A stretch of 64,000 nucleotides of DNA from a virus (IMGVR_UViG_3300017650_000009), one strand, 5' to 3'. Counted from the first letter of the stretch, positions 36,726 to 46,662 are shown. A program made the numbers and translations. Notes: generated by a model from the letters alone, not told the origin.

Positions 36726-38453
36726 ATGTCACAGGAAAATGTACTCGACACGTTTAACGCAATTGTTGTTTCGAGCAAGCGTCAGACTATTGCACCGAAT
36801 ACTGACCTGCTATCAATTGGCGTAGTGACAGATTTTGTTCCAACCCAAGCTATGGTCACCTTGCTTAAGAGCAAGTTTGAACCAATCCCAGTCCGTACTT
36901 TGTTTGGTCGCCAGGAGCGATTGACTGCGGATCCAATGGAACTCATCTTGAAGCAATTTTTGAATTACTTTGAGACTTATGGGTTTGGTACTCCCGGCCA
37001 GTTCGACCTTGAGGTCACCGATGGTGTGATCTTGAAGCCAACATATGTTCGTGGAATCTCAGAGGATGAACTCGGCGATTTAGTTCGCAAGCTTGTTTAT
37101 TCCAACGCACCAATCAAGAACCCAGCAGCGATTGCTGAAATCATCAAGGAATATTCGGTTCAAATCGACTTTGATTTGATCCTGAATAACGAGGTTCGTA
37201 TCCACGTATATGATCCAAAGATTCATGTTTTCCGCAATGGTGATGAAGCTGTTCGTTACATGCTGTTCCGTATGACCAGTGATACACTCGTCATCAAAAA
37301 CAAGCGTAAGATTGATGAGATCAAGGCTGGTCAAATCGATCCAAAGTTCTTCGATGCAAACGCAGTGATTCTGTCTGAGGTGTTCAATCGATTTAAGCCT
37401 TTGATTCTCGCTGCAAAGCGTTTGAATCGCAATGCAGTAAACCGCATTGCACGTATGAGCAAGAAGAATCACAAGCCCGTTCATGAGGGCTTTAACAAGC
37501 GTTTCCTTGCACTAGCTTTGGCTGCAATTCAGGACGGAACCTTCAATAAGTTTTCGGCCAGCGTTAGTAAGCTAAGTGTGCGCGACAAGTTCAAGATTCT
37601 CAATCTCATCGAGTATAAGAAGCTTGGTAAGACTGTTGATTCGTTTATCGTGCGCAACGGTACTGTCCACGTGGAAGAGAATCGACCAGTGTTGGATGCT
37701 AACGCACTCGATATGGTATCCAATCTTCTAATCGAGGGTCTTCGAGCAGATCTTTCGGGCCTCAAGGGCAAGGAAATCCTCTTAGACGCAAATGTCGATT
37801 ATGGTCTCCCAATTAGCCGTAAGCAAGTTTTGGGTAATCTTCCATTCGGTACGCTTATCGATGGTGGGAAGGAAATCTCAAGCGGTGTTTATTGGCAGGG
37901 GGATTGGGGTGCAGACGATCTCGACTTGTCCACGGTTGACCTCAACGGTAAGCGCACGGGTTGGGGACAGTATTCTGGATACTCAAAGACTAATGATGTT
38001 GTGTATTCGGGTGATATGACTTATGCGGATGATGGCGCAATGGAATTCATGACCAGCAAGAAGTCCACATATGGCTTGTTCGTCAATGTGTTTTCTGGTC
38101 GTCCTGATGCCGAATTTGAGCTTGTCATCGGCAACGGCGCAAAGGATCGCTGGATCACCAACGTAAAGATTCGTGAGCGTAGCAAGTTCACAGGTAAGGG
38201 GAATGTCATCGGCTTTGTACGCAATAACCAGTTTATTGTGTATCAGGGAAAGCTAAATGATCGTATTGCGAACTTTGATGAAGGTTCGCCAGTGTTGAAT
38301 CGTGCGCTTGCACCGGTTTGGACTGTACGCCGCTTGCTCGATGCTATTGGCGTTGGTTATCATACGCAAGCACAGGCTGATACAGACTATGATTTTAATC
38401 TCACATATAGTGGTTTTTCTATTGACAAGCTTGAATCACTACTATATATTTGA
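36726..38453 (+). CDS. large protein with C-terminal TerD-like domain
   Basis: YWQG...DDLDLS...VVYSGDMT...GAMEF...VNVFSG. Confidence 0.6.
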   Translation: MSQENVLDTFNAIVVSSKRQTIAPNTDLLSIGVVTDFVPTQAMVTLLKSKFEPIPVRTLFGRQERLTADPMELILKQFLNYFETYGFGTPGQFDLEVTDGVILKPTYVRGISEDELGDLVRKLVYSNAPIKNPAAIAEIIKEYSVQIDFDLILNNEVRIHVYDPKIHVFRNGDEAVRYMLFRMTSDTLVIKNKRKIDEIKAGQIDPKFFDANAVILSEVFNRFKPLILAAKRLNRNAVNRIARMSKKNHKPVHEGFNKRFLALALAAIQDGTFNKFSASVSKLSVRDKFKILNLIEYKKLGKTVDSFIVRNGTVHVEENRPVLDANALDMVSNLLIEGLRADLSGLKGKEILLDANVDYGLPISRKQVLGNLPFGTLIDGGKEISSGVYWQGDWGADDLDLSTVDLNGKRTGWGQYSGYSKTNDVVYSGDMTYADDGAMEFMTSKKSTYGLFVNVFSGRPDAEFELVIGNGAKDRWITNVKIRERSKFTGKGNVIGFVRNNQFIVYQGKLNDRIANFDEGSPVLNRALAPVWTVRRLLDAIGVGYHTQAQADTDYDFNLTYSGFSIDKLESLLYI

Positions 38454-38461
38454 GGTACAGT

Positions 38462-38568
38462 TTGCACAGAAGGTTCCTTAATTATTTGGCTTTAAACACC
38501 TTCCGCAGACACAACAATTGCAAAGAGTGTTCCTTAATTTACTTTTGGATAGAAAACACACTCCGCAG
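38462..38568. repeat. two tandem covarying stem-loop units
   Basis: TTGCA.AGA..GTTCCTTAATT...CCGCAG twice; stems GAAGGT/ACCTTC and GAGTGT/ACACTC. Confidence 0.7.
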
Positions 38569-38573
38569 TACCG

Positions 38574-38602
38574 AAAGGGAGAGACGACGGTCTCTCCCTT
38601 TC
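38574..38602 (+). terminator. intrinsic terminator
   Basis: GAAAGGGAGAGAC/GTCTCTCCCTTTC. Confidence 0.75.
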
Positions 38603-38618
38603 ACCATAAATACGTGAT

Positions 38619-38694
38619 GCGAGATTAGCTCAGTTGGTAGAGCGCCGGCTCGACACGCCGTAGGTCACAGGTTCAAGTCCTGTATCTCGCACCA
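38619..38694 (+). tRNA. tRNA-Val(GAC), C33
   Basis: Loop TCGACAC, CCA. Confidence 0.9.
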
Positions 38695-38738
38695 AGTATT
38701 CTCACTTCACTAAATACAAGGTATTTGTGAGGTGTAAT

Positions 38739-39149
38739 GTGAGATATTCCGAAATAAACGAAGCATGGAAAGCTAAGGATGATATTTCCCGTAGTGAAAT
38801 ATCAAAGTTGATCCGTAAGGAAATCGATCGTACCGGTGGTGATGCTTGGGAAGTCAACAACGGTTGGTGTCAAGCGTTTGCCTCGAAAATTGCTAAAATG
38901 TTAGGTCCAAAAGCCAAAGTTGTAAACTCCACTTACGATTACAAGGACGGTACTTTTCCAGGGCATTCATGGGTTGAGTTTCGTGGTTTACATTTTGACG
39001 CTGAAAGCCCATTTGGTGAAACCGATCCTAGCCAAATGCAATACCATAAACGACTCCGTGCAATTGCAGATTCATCCGAAGATCAAGATGAACAAGAAGT
39101 TGTACGTAAAGCATTGGGTCATGATCCAGTTTATCATGGAGCAAAGTAA
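38739..39149 (+). CDS. late protein with possible Cys-His-Asp triad
   Basis: TAAATA upstream; NNGWCQAFA...GHSWV...FDAE. Confidence 0.6.
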   Translation: MRYSEINEAWKAKDDISRSEISKLIRKEIDRTGGDAWEVNNGWCQAFASKIAKMLGPKAKVVNSTYDYKDGTFPGHSWVEFRGLHFDAESPFGETDPSQMQYHKRLRAIADSSEDQDEQEVVRKALGHDPVYHGAK

Positions 39150-39228
39150 GCTTCTGTATCACCTCTCGCTTCGAACGAGTTGAAAGTGTAATGGATACAT
39201 GCAGGTTCGACCCCTGTCAGAAGCTCCA
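39150..39228 (+). ncRNA. tRNA-like RNA lacking a D-arm at the normal position (TCG loop)
   Basis: 7-bp acceptor, T-arm, CCA; anticodon-like arm directly after position 9. Confidence 0.6.
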
Positions 39229-39287
39229 ATTAGTGGTTGACATAAATTGATTTCCTAGTATATTGGAACAAACCAAAGGAGATCGAA

Positions 39288-39863
39288 ATGCTCAAGCTCA
39301 CATATAAGGAACTCGAAGATATCGTTGCTGATGATGACGAACGCTTTGAAGTTCTTCACGACAAGATCCCCTACGACAGCACTGATCCCGACGACAACCC
39401 GATGAATTATATCGAGGATGATGGGCGACAGTATCGCTATTTTGAGTTCCGGGACACAGTCACTGGCGAGACATATGATTTCTCCTATACTTGGCATTCC
39501 GAGTGGTCGACTGAGTTCCCACTTGGTTTCCTCGGTGATCCCCCAAAGGGTATCGAATTTGTTAAAGAATCGGTAATCAATCCACCAAAAGCTCCAGAGC
39601 CAGTGGTGGTGGTACTTTCACCTGAGGCACAAGCCGATAAGGAACTTTGGGCCCGATATAAGGCACTAGAGGATTCCGGTGAACTGGCCGAGTTCAAAAA
39701 AGGAATGGTGCCCACAAAGGTCATCAACGATATCAAAAAGTTTCTCAAGACGACGAAGTTCAGTATGTACGAACTTCGTGCAAAATTGATTCCCGTTTGC
39801 ATCGAATACAAAGTGAAACAAAAAAGTTTCTGGCAATTTATTCAAGGATGGACAAAAGGATAA
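39288..39863 (+). CDS. hypothetical early protein
   Basis: CAAAGGAGATCGAA leader. Confidence 0.7.
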   Translation: MLKLTYKELEDIVADDDERFEVLHDKIPYDSTDPDDNPMNYIEDDGRQYRYFEFRDTVTGETYDFSYTWHSEWSTEFPLGFLGDPPKGIEFVKESVINPPKAPEPVVVVLSPEAQADKELWARYKALEDSGELAEFKKGMVPTKVINDIKKFLKTTKFSMYELRAKLIPVCIEYKVKQKSFWQFIQGWTKG

Positions 39864-40141
39864 TGGATCTAGCTATTACGTTCAACACAATTGTAACCTC
39901 AACTTGGTTCTGGTTCTCTTGGCCATTTGTTGGCGTCCTTTCCCTATACTTGGTTGTCAAGCTATTTGGCGGACATATTAATACGTATCGTCATCTTCTA
40001 TCAATGATGCTGTACGGGTGTGTTGGCGGCTATATACTTTTGTGTTTTGCCATTCTGTTGTTAGTCTTTGGTGTTACCATCGACGTTATCAATTCAAAGA
40101 AATGGGACGCAAAACTTCCGTGGGTGAAACCAGATGAATAA
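39797..40141 (+). CDS. membrane protein
   Basis: Two TM segments; start uncertain. Confidence 0.5.
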   Translation: MHRIQSETKKFLAIYSRMDKRIMDLAITFNTIVTSTWFWFSWPFVGVLSLYLVVKLFGGHINTYRHLLSMMLYGCVGGYILLCFAILLLVFGVTIDVINSKKWDAKLPWVKPDE

Positions 40142-40379
40142 ATTTCTTCTACAGGGTGTAATCAGCCCATATGATGGATCAATTTTTATTGGTCTCTTTG
40201 ATTCACTCGAGGAGGCCATTGATGCTCGTTCAGAGTTTCGCAAATCATATTATGCGAAATACAAATCCGAGTCTTATGAATCCTATGAGATTTACGAGTT
40301 TAAACTCGGACAAATAATTGAAAACGGAATATCGGAACGTCCTGTTGACGTATTCATACCGGGAAAGGCAAAGCGATGA
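40134..40379 (+). CDS. hypothetical protein
   Basis: IFIGLFDSLEEAIDAR. Confidence 0.55.
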   Translation: MNKFLLQGVISPYDGSIFIGLFDSLEEAIDARSEFRKSYYAKYKSESYESYEIYEFKLGQIIENGISERPVDVFIPGKAKR

Positions 40380-41152
40380 AGCTCATTGGTGGAAAAGACT
40401 ATTACGATGGTGTAACTGGATTTGATACTGACGATCGAATTCGTTTTGTCCGTCAAAACTATGACAAATCCGAGGCTCGCCCTAAGGATAAAATTTTCAC
40501 ATTCCGTTCACCATACAAGATACTAGCGGCAAAACGAAAAAGTCTCTCTTGGCGACCAGAGCTTGCTGATCTGCGAACAATCGAAATTATCTTCTGCGGA
40601 CGCATGTATATGGGGTTTCTTCGTTCGGAGGTTCATGTTCATGAGGACACCAAACTGCCATCAGTGACTTATAAGAGTTTCTGGAATGGTGCATCGTTGC
40701 TTGCTGAACTGGATCGCCAGGAATGTGAACTACGCACTAGAGATAGTTATTTGTTCGATCCTAGTAAGAGTGTAAAGTTTCTTACGAACGAAACAATCGA
40801 CGAATATTTTGAGCCCAAAGATCTTCCCCAACGTGATATTGAAATGCTAATTGAGGAGCAGGTTGTCCATAGTATTTGTGCGACAACTAATACAATTGGA
40901 TATGTCAGATACTCGGATAGTTATCCGGCGTGGCACGACAATACAGATGGGCTCAAGCGTTTTGGTTTTGCCAGTGTAGTTGATCCTTGGCAAGCATATC
41001 AGCAAATCGATATGTGGCTGGGCTCTCAACTGGCGCGTGATGAAGACAATATGGTACGACTCGATGATAAGGAACTCATCCAAAAGCATGGCTTCGACAA
41101 AACAAGTTTCCGCAACACACACCACCAAGGCAAACCGCGCCGTCATACATAA
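40376..41152 (+). CDS. hypothetical phage protein
   Basis: MKLIGGKDYYDG...DPWQAYQQIDMWLG...KHGFDKTSFR. Confidence 0.75.
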   Translation: MKLIGGKDYYDGVTGFDTDDRIRFVRQNYDKSEARPKDKIFTFRSPYKILAAKRKSLSWRPELADLRTIEIIFCGRMYMGFLRSEVHVHEDTKLPSVTYKSFWNGASLLAELDRQECELRTRDSYLFDPSKSVKFLTNETIDEYFEPKDLPQRDIEMLIEEQVVHSICATTNTIGYVRYSDSYPAWHDNTDGLKRFGFASVVDPWQAYQQIDMWLGSQLARDEDNMVRLDDKELIQKHGFDKTSFRNTHHQGKPRRHT

Positions 41153-41434
41153 ACGAGTTTTGAAACTCTGGTGTAAAAAGAACGACACCCGTTTGGATGA
41201 CGTCGTAACACGCCAATTTGGTAATCATCTTAATTTTCTCACAATTTCGGAGTTAATAGCTCTGGAGTCAGATATGAATGTAAACCCATATGAATTGGGT
41301 TGGCACGATTTGAATAGAAAGTATTGCACAGTTCTTCGTAGGGTCTTGAAAGCAAAAATAAAAAAAGTTCAATATTCAGTTGACATATTCCTGAATTTCT
41401 ATATATTGGGAATAAGAAACAAAGGAGATCGAAC

Positions 41435-41887
41435 ATGGGTGCTACCGATTGCTACTTCCGCGTAAAGGGTAAAACTCCAGAGGCTATCCGTAAGGAATTC
41501 TGGAACAAAGTTAAAGAAGTAGCACTCGATGTTTCAGATGACGATCTTGGTTACTCTGGCACAGCCGCTGAGTTCACCCACTTGCAGTTCACGGGTCTTA
41601 CTTTTGATTCGATTGAACAAATGCAGGATTGGCTTGCTCCAAAGGAGAAGAACACTGCATTTGTCATCAATGTAAAGGATATCACTGATACTCCTACAAT
41701 CGTAAAATGGATTGCTGAAGCACGTCAGCTACAAAATTCCATCAAACATGGAATGCAGCCGGGAGAAGCCCAGAGAATTCGCAAGAATATCTCAAGAATC
41801 CAGGAAAAAATTCGTATTGCTCGTGCACGTAAGGCCGAGAAGACGACCAAGACTCAAACTTATTGTGCGGGTTGGGTTTCGGAATAA
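41435..41887 (+). CDS. hypothetical early protein
   Basis: AACAAAGGAGATCGAAC leader. Confidence 0.7.
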   Translation: MGATDCYFRVKGKTPEAIRKEFWNKVKEVALDVSDDDLGYSGTAAEFTHLQFTGLTFDSIEQMQDWLAPKEKNTAFVINVKDITDTPTIVKWIAEARQLQNSIKHGMQPGEAQRIRKNISRIQEKIRIARARKAEKTTKTQTYCAGWVSE

Positions 41888-41946
41888 AACAAAATAATCG
41901 AAAAAATTGTTGACGTACAGGAGCAACACTGTTATAAAGAGAACAT

Positions 41947-42047
41947 AGCAGGACAACAGCAAGTGTTTAACAAGGTCGAAAGACGAAGGAACATTAGTTC
42001 TGAGAACCTCTTTGGGTCCACTACAAAGCGCAAGCTGTTGTCCTGTT
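41947..42047 (+). ncRNA. structured leader RNA of a tRNA operon
   Basis: CAGGACAACAGC/GCTGTTGTCCTG 12-bp stem at the presumed TSS. Confidence 0.55.
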
Positions 42048-42051
42048 ATTT

Positions 42052-42128
42052 TGGAGTATAGCTCAGTTGGTAGAAGCGGGTGACTGTTAATCACCATGTC
42101 GCAGGTTCGAGCCCTGCTACTCCAGCCA
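42052..42128 (+). tRNA. tRNA-Asn(GTT)
   Basis: Cloverleaf, CCA. Confidence 0.95.
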
Positions 42129-42282
42129 ATTTAGTCCATATAGTAGCAAGTTGCGACACTACAACTGGTGTCAATGAAGAGCTACGTATTCGTATGGACA
42201 CACAGGAGAAGGAAACTTCTCCTGTTAGGTTGTTAGGATGATCAGGGTTCAACTCCCTGCTTGGATGGGTATCTAGTCCTCT

Positions 42283-42356
42283 TGGGAAGGTCGTCGGTTC
42301 AAATCCGACCTCGAGTGCTTCGGTGCTCAAGTAGCTCAGCCTGGTAGAGCACCCAT
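42283..42356 (+). ncRNA. circularly permuted tRNA mimic (UUCG-capped acceptor stem)
   Basis: AGGTC-GTCGG-TTCAAAT-CCGAC-CTCGAGTGC-TTCG-GTGCTCAAG-TA-GCTC-AGCCTGGTA-GAGC. Confidence 0.75.
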
Positions 42357-42510
42357 GTTATTCAGGAAAGACCTTTGTTAGTGCCACGCAAGTGGAGTGA
42401 CAAGGATAGGTCGTTGATTCGGCGAGGGTGGGGCCGGAATCAAATAATTCTTACAAAAATATTGAACAACTTGGAACTCCTTTGTTACTATGCGTAACAA
42501 AGGAGTTTCC

Positions 42511-42822
42511 ATGTCTTATATTCACACTGGTACGTTAAATGCAGTCAATCGTTATCTCATGATGCTTGATGTAGAGGGTGTAAAATCCGAAAATCACGCA
42601 ACGCTGGAGAATGGTGATACAACAAGTCTCGAGCACATAAAATGGATGCTTGAGGAATTAAATCGTGTTATAGATCCGACTGGTGAAGCAGGTTTTCCTG
42701 TGGATAAATTTTCACGCTGGCTTGGTTTCATCCAAGGGGTTTTGATTTGTAAAGGACTTACTGATGTCAATACTGAGAGAAACATTACTCGACCTTGGTT
42801 CAACAAATCCGAACCCAGTTGA
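42511..42822 (+). CDS. hypothetical phage protein
   Basis: SLEHIKWML...DKFSRWLGFIQGVL. Confidence 0.7.
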   Translation: MSYIHTGTLNAVNRYLMMLDVEGVKSENHATLENGDTTSLEHIKWMLEELNRVIDPTGEAGFPVDKFSRWLGFIQGVLICKGLTDVNTERNITRPWFNKSEPS

Positions 42823-43054
42823 AGTACCCGAGGGGTGGGTTCATAAGGTTCAGTTCAAGCTAGTAAAACCCGCGCACGTTGGTCATTCAATCGAACACAT
42901 CAAGCAAGTAATAGCCATGCGGATCAAAGCACGGGAGATCGCCGGTGATGAGTGGGTTGAAGTGTACGACAACAATTCAAGTTATTGGACTTCAACGTTT
43001 TGGTTTGCACGAAAAGAACACGCCCTGCTTACGAGGCTCTCAGCTAATGGCTAG
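42764..43054 (+). CDS. hypothetical protein (RL tail)
   Basis: Ends FWFARKEHALLTRLSANG; start uncertain. Confidence 0.5.
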   Translation: MSILRETLLDLGSTNPNPVEVPEGWVHKVQFKLVKPAHVGHSIEHIKQVIAMRIKAREIAGDEWVEVYDNNSSYWTSTFWFARKEHALLTRLSANG

Positions 43055-43319
43055 TATTACCGAAGTTATTGAAAACAAAGATAACGGAGCATTTGGGTTC
43101 TGTTGTGTTTTGAACATCCATGACAACGTGGATGGTGCAATTAACGATGCAGAATATGCATCGTATCATCGGCGGATCAGACGACTTACTGATCATTGTG
43201 AGGATACCCTTAGCGATGATGATTGGTACAAATTTTCCATCCACATCGATGGTTTTATCCGAACATATTTTTGGTTCAGTTCTCGCGATATAGCTCTGCA
43301 AACGAAACTCACTGTTTAG
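43047..43319 (+). CDS. hypothetical protein (KL tail)
   Basis: Ends FWFSSRDIALQTKLTV. Confidence 0.55.
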   Translation: MASITEVIENKDNGAFGFCCVLNIHDNVDGAINDAEYASYHRRIRRLTDHCEDTLSDDDWYKFSIHIDGFIRTYFWFSSRDIALQTKLTV

Positions 43320-43379
43320 GTTGCACAAAGTTGGCTTTGCTGTATAGTTGGGGTTGTCTAAGACAAAAGGAGAAACCCA

Positions 43380-43625
43380 ATGCAGCACGGAGATATTGTT
43401 TTGGTTGGTAAGCGTAAAGCTGTTGCTTTGCGTGTGAGTCCGTTGGATATCAAAAAGGGAACAGATGTTATGATCCCTGGTGTTTATCCGTTTGCTGGTT
43501 ATTGGTACGGTAAGAATCCACTCGACCACAAATCTTACGGCAAGATTCTCTCCAATATGCCGCTGCGTGGAACTCCAATCGGGAAGGTTATCTCACATAG
43601 CCAGATAAAGTTCATGGGGATATGA
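43380..43625 (+). CDS. hypothetical protein
   Basis: Promoter and AAAGGAG SD. Confidence 0.6.
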   Translation: MQHGDIVLVGKRKAVALRVSPLDIKKGTDVMIPGVYPFAGYWYGKNPLDHKSYGKILSNMPLRGTPIGKVISHSQIKFMGI

Positions 43626-43855
43626 AACTTACGGTTGTAAAGCGGAATAAACGGCTTTATATAGTGGATGAATCGGGCAAAACCCTATATACGCCGCCCG
43701 ATTTTTTACGTCCTTATGTAAAAAATCGGGACGTAATTAAAAGTCTTGCCGAGGAAATGAGTATTGAACTCATGGAAAAGCAAGATACGATTCGCTCGAT
43801 AATGCGGTTCGAAGGCTCTTACGATGTGAGAGCAAAGCGTCGTAGGCGAGGTTAA
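43622..43855 (+). CDS. hypothetical protein
   Basis: ATGA overlap. Confidence 0.55.
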   Translation: MKLTVVKRNKRLYIVDESGKTLYTPPDFLRPYVKNRDVIKSLAEEMSIELMEKQDTIRSIMRFEGSYDVRAKRRRRG

Positions 43856-43970
43856 TGGTGCCTCGTAACATGAGTATACGGAGTCCGCTGCAACACGCCC
43901 TAAACCATATGGGGTCAAGTGCAAACAGGGGTAAACGCGCAGGTCTCATTCAGAAAAACGTTGCGCGAGA

Positions 43971-44060
43971 GGGAAGTTAACCAGATAGGTTCTGGGGCAC
44001 CCTGCTAAGGTGATCGAGCCACGCAAGTGGTTTGCGGATCGAGACCGCAGCTTCCCGCCA
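43971..44060 (+). tRNA. tRNA-Ser(GCT), T-loop ATCGAGA
   Basis: Long variable arm, G73, CCA. Confidence 0.88.
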
Positions 44061-44322
44061 ATGGGGTTCCAATGTTACGTATATCAGATTGTACTCATCC
44101 ATATTTTGTTCCCGAGCAATATCGTTCATGGCAAGGGAATACTTGGAAAATAACAGATGAATTTCGTCAAAAATTGCATGTGGTTGGATTTGACCATTTC
44201 ACTGCATACTGGCACTCACTATTTCAAATTGATTCCAATGGTCGGCTTCGCAGTACAATGGTACTTGACTTTAAAAGTCCAGAACATTTAGTGTGGCTTA
44301 AATTGATTCTATAGGAGCCATT

Positions 44323-44997
44323 ATGGTCACTAAAATTCCAGTCGAGACTTTTGAACCTCGACAGAAGTCATACTCTGCCACTACCACACGTTTGGAGTTT
44401 GTTAAGGCAGCAATTGGTCCCGCACCCGTTTATATTGAAGTCATTGGTGGTCGACGTAATGGAACCATTGCAATGATTGATTTGGCCAAGTATGCGAATC
44501 TAGCGGATGAACAAACATTTGATGGAATCCGTGATGGCTCGATAAAAGATTCATTGTTTGTGAAACATGCGTTGAATCAATATGACTCATACGATGATTA
44601 TATTTTATCTCGTTCATATTGGTCCTACGATATGTTCGATTTGATATTCGATGACGGAAAACGTTTGAAGCCATTATCATTCAACAATTTCTCGTTTGCT
44701 TGGCTCAAAGACTATGTGGGTCCAACTACGGATGTTTTCGTACAAGGTGCAGCACCAAAGAAGGCACCGCAAGTTTTCCGTGATGTTATTGGCCAGGAAG
44801 TCAAGCTCGACGATTTCGTCGGAGCAGTTCAACATGGCTTCATTGTTGTAGGTAAAGTCATCAAGATTTCGGATACTGGTAAATCAGTTAAAGTTCGACT
44901 GACTAAGAATGATATCCAAATCTCAAACAAGCATAAGATTTTGGTTATTAATGACAAAACCAAATCCATTGCAGCATTGGTTAAATTGTCCTCTTGA
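44323..44997 (+). CDS. paralog family A protein
   Basis: RRNGTIAMI...WLKDYVG...DVIGQEVKLDD...VGKVIKI...VKLSS. Confidence 0.7.
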   Translation: MVTKIPVETFEPRQKSYSATTTRLEFVKAAIGPAPVYIEVIGGRRNGTIAMIDLAKYANLADEQTFDGIRDGSIKDSLFVKHALNQYDSYDDYILSRSYWSYDMFDLIFDDGKRLKPLSFNNFSFAWLKDYVGPTTDVFVQGAAPKKAPQVFRDVIGQEVKLDDFVGAVQHGFIVVGKVIKISDTGKSVKVRLTKNDIQISNKHKILVINDKTKSIAALVKLSS

Positions 44998-45063
44998 AGA
45001 CAATTAAAATATTGATATCCTTATGTTTGTTTGTTAATCTACGGGTATAAGGAGTAGGAATTA

Positions 45064-45459
45064 ATGACAAATCGTTTCACCCCCGAAGAGTTTGAAGCAA
45101 TTCTTTCAGTTGATGATGATGACGAACTTGCCTTCCAGAAAGGCGATACTGTTTATTTCTCTGTTAATTTGGTCGAAAGCGTAAGCTTCGATGGCAGCGA
45201 TCCTTACGATTCAATTATGGTTTGCTTTGTTGAGAAATCATTTTGGGATGAGCATAAGGAAGTTCCAGATGAACAGTTTACCGAGACCTTCGAGGCTTTG
45301 GGTATTGAGCTGCCATCGTATTTGGAGGAAGATCTAGAGAACGTGTTTATTGTGTTCGATTCCCACGTATCTCGTAATAATGTCATTAAGGATCTCGAAG
45401 CTCTTGGTTTTGTTTTCAGTCAAGAAGTCACAGACTTCTTAGACACTGACGACGATTAA
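45064..45459 (+). CDS. acidic hypothetical protein
   Basis: Promoter and AAGGAG SD. Confidence 0.65.
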   Translation: MTNRFTPEEFEAILSVDDDDELAFQKGDTVYFSVNLVESVSFDGSDPYDSIMVCFVEKSFWDEHKEVPDEQFTETFEALGIELPSYLEEDLENVFIVFDSHVSRNNVIKDLEALGFVFSQEVTDFLDTDDD

Positions 45460-45679
45460 TACTCTGTTAAACATGTTAACCGCATGTGGTTGAAATAGGA
45501 ATAGGTTGCTTTATATTAAAATTGTAAGCAACACAAAATACTATGGAGATCGAAAATGGTTAAGCTAATACAGGCAGCACTGGTAGTTGTTATGTTTTTG
45601 GGTCTGGGTTATCAGACTGTTATGGCACTTAACGATCAGGCTCTTGAACAGCAGGAAATGTATCGCTATAAGTGATACA

Positions 45680-45750
45680 GCTCTCGTAGTTAAAACCATA
45701 TAACGCCGCAATGATAAGGCGGAGTTCCCGCGCATTAGTGGGCGAGAGAA
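45680..45750 (+). pseudogene. degenerate tRNA-Ile(GAT)
   Basis: Cloverleaf with loop ATGATAA; no T-psi-C loop, no CCA. Confidence 0.5.
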
Positions 45751-45753
45751 TTT

Positions 45754-45832
45754 AGGGACCTAGCTTAAAATCAGGTGAAGCACTGCGGATCCATCCGCAG
45801 GTAGGTAGGTTCGAATCCTGCGGTCCCTGCCA
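45754..45832 (+). tRNA. Trp-like tRNA with aberrant 8-nt anticodon loop
   Basis: AGGGACC/GGTCCCT-G-CCA; loop GATCCATC. Confidence 0.6.
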
Positions 45833-45876
45833 AAATACATATTGACTTGCGACGGTTAGCCAAGTTAATGTGGTCA

Positions 45877-46103
45877 TGTAAGTGCAAAGAGGCGTTATTA
45901 CTTGGAACAAATAGATTCAAGTATTTAATATTATATAACGGTTCAAGCTGGTATAGTATGGTCTGCGTTAGAAAACATAGTAGTGGACACCACTTGAATT
46001 ACCTGGTTGCGATTAAAGACGATGAGTGTTGATAGGTAGGCTCGGCCGGGCTCCTATATATGTCGGTGTGGGAAGTGAGAGGAAACCCACCTTTGTGCTT
46101 ACA
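45877..46103 (+). ncRNA. unknown RNA family, copy 1
   Basis: 13-bp terminal stem; 3' motif GGTGTGGGAAGTGAGAGGAAACCCACC. Confidence 0.65.
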
Positions 46104-46107
46104 GAAT

Positions 46108-46184
<77 letters not shown>

Positions 46185-46200
46185 AACATGGATTCATATT

Positions 46201-46662
46201 ATGATCATTACTGATCCACATACCCTCATACAAATGAAACTAACCAATCCCGATGAGTTCAACTGGGCAGTGGAACCATGTGAGGAAGTGGAAGCTTTTG
46301 AAACCACTAGTGGTGTGAAACCAGATGATCCTTTTATTCGTATGAATTGCGAATTTATTGGGTTCCTTAAAGATTGCCAGGATGACCCAGATAATCGTAT
46401 TGATGGTCACTTGTTTCATGGTGATCAGGAGTTCTTCGCATTGCATCTGTTCTATCAACCTAATTGGCCAGTATGGTCATTGAATGAGTTGGAAACAGAT
46501 GAGCATGTCAGGAAAAATCCTTGGGTCGCATATGTTACTGCGGCAAAACGCACCGAGATTTATTTGTATCGGCGTTTTCCAACAAAACAAGAACTATTAG
46601 ATTATTATGCATTGTATCCGGGTATCACGTCGGATCATGGTATGTTCATGATTTATGCTTGA
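46201..46662 (+). CDS. hypothetical protein
   Basis: 153-aa ORF. Confidence 0.6.
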   Translation: MIITDPHTLIQMKLTNPDEFNWAVEPCEEVEAFETTSGVKPDDPFIRMNCEFIGFLKDCQDDPDNRIDGHLFHGDQEFFALHLFYQPNWPVWSLNELETDEHVRKNPWVAYVTAAKRTEIYLYRRFPTKQELLDYYALYPGITSDHGMFMIYA

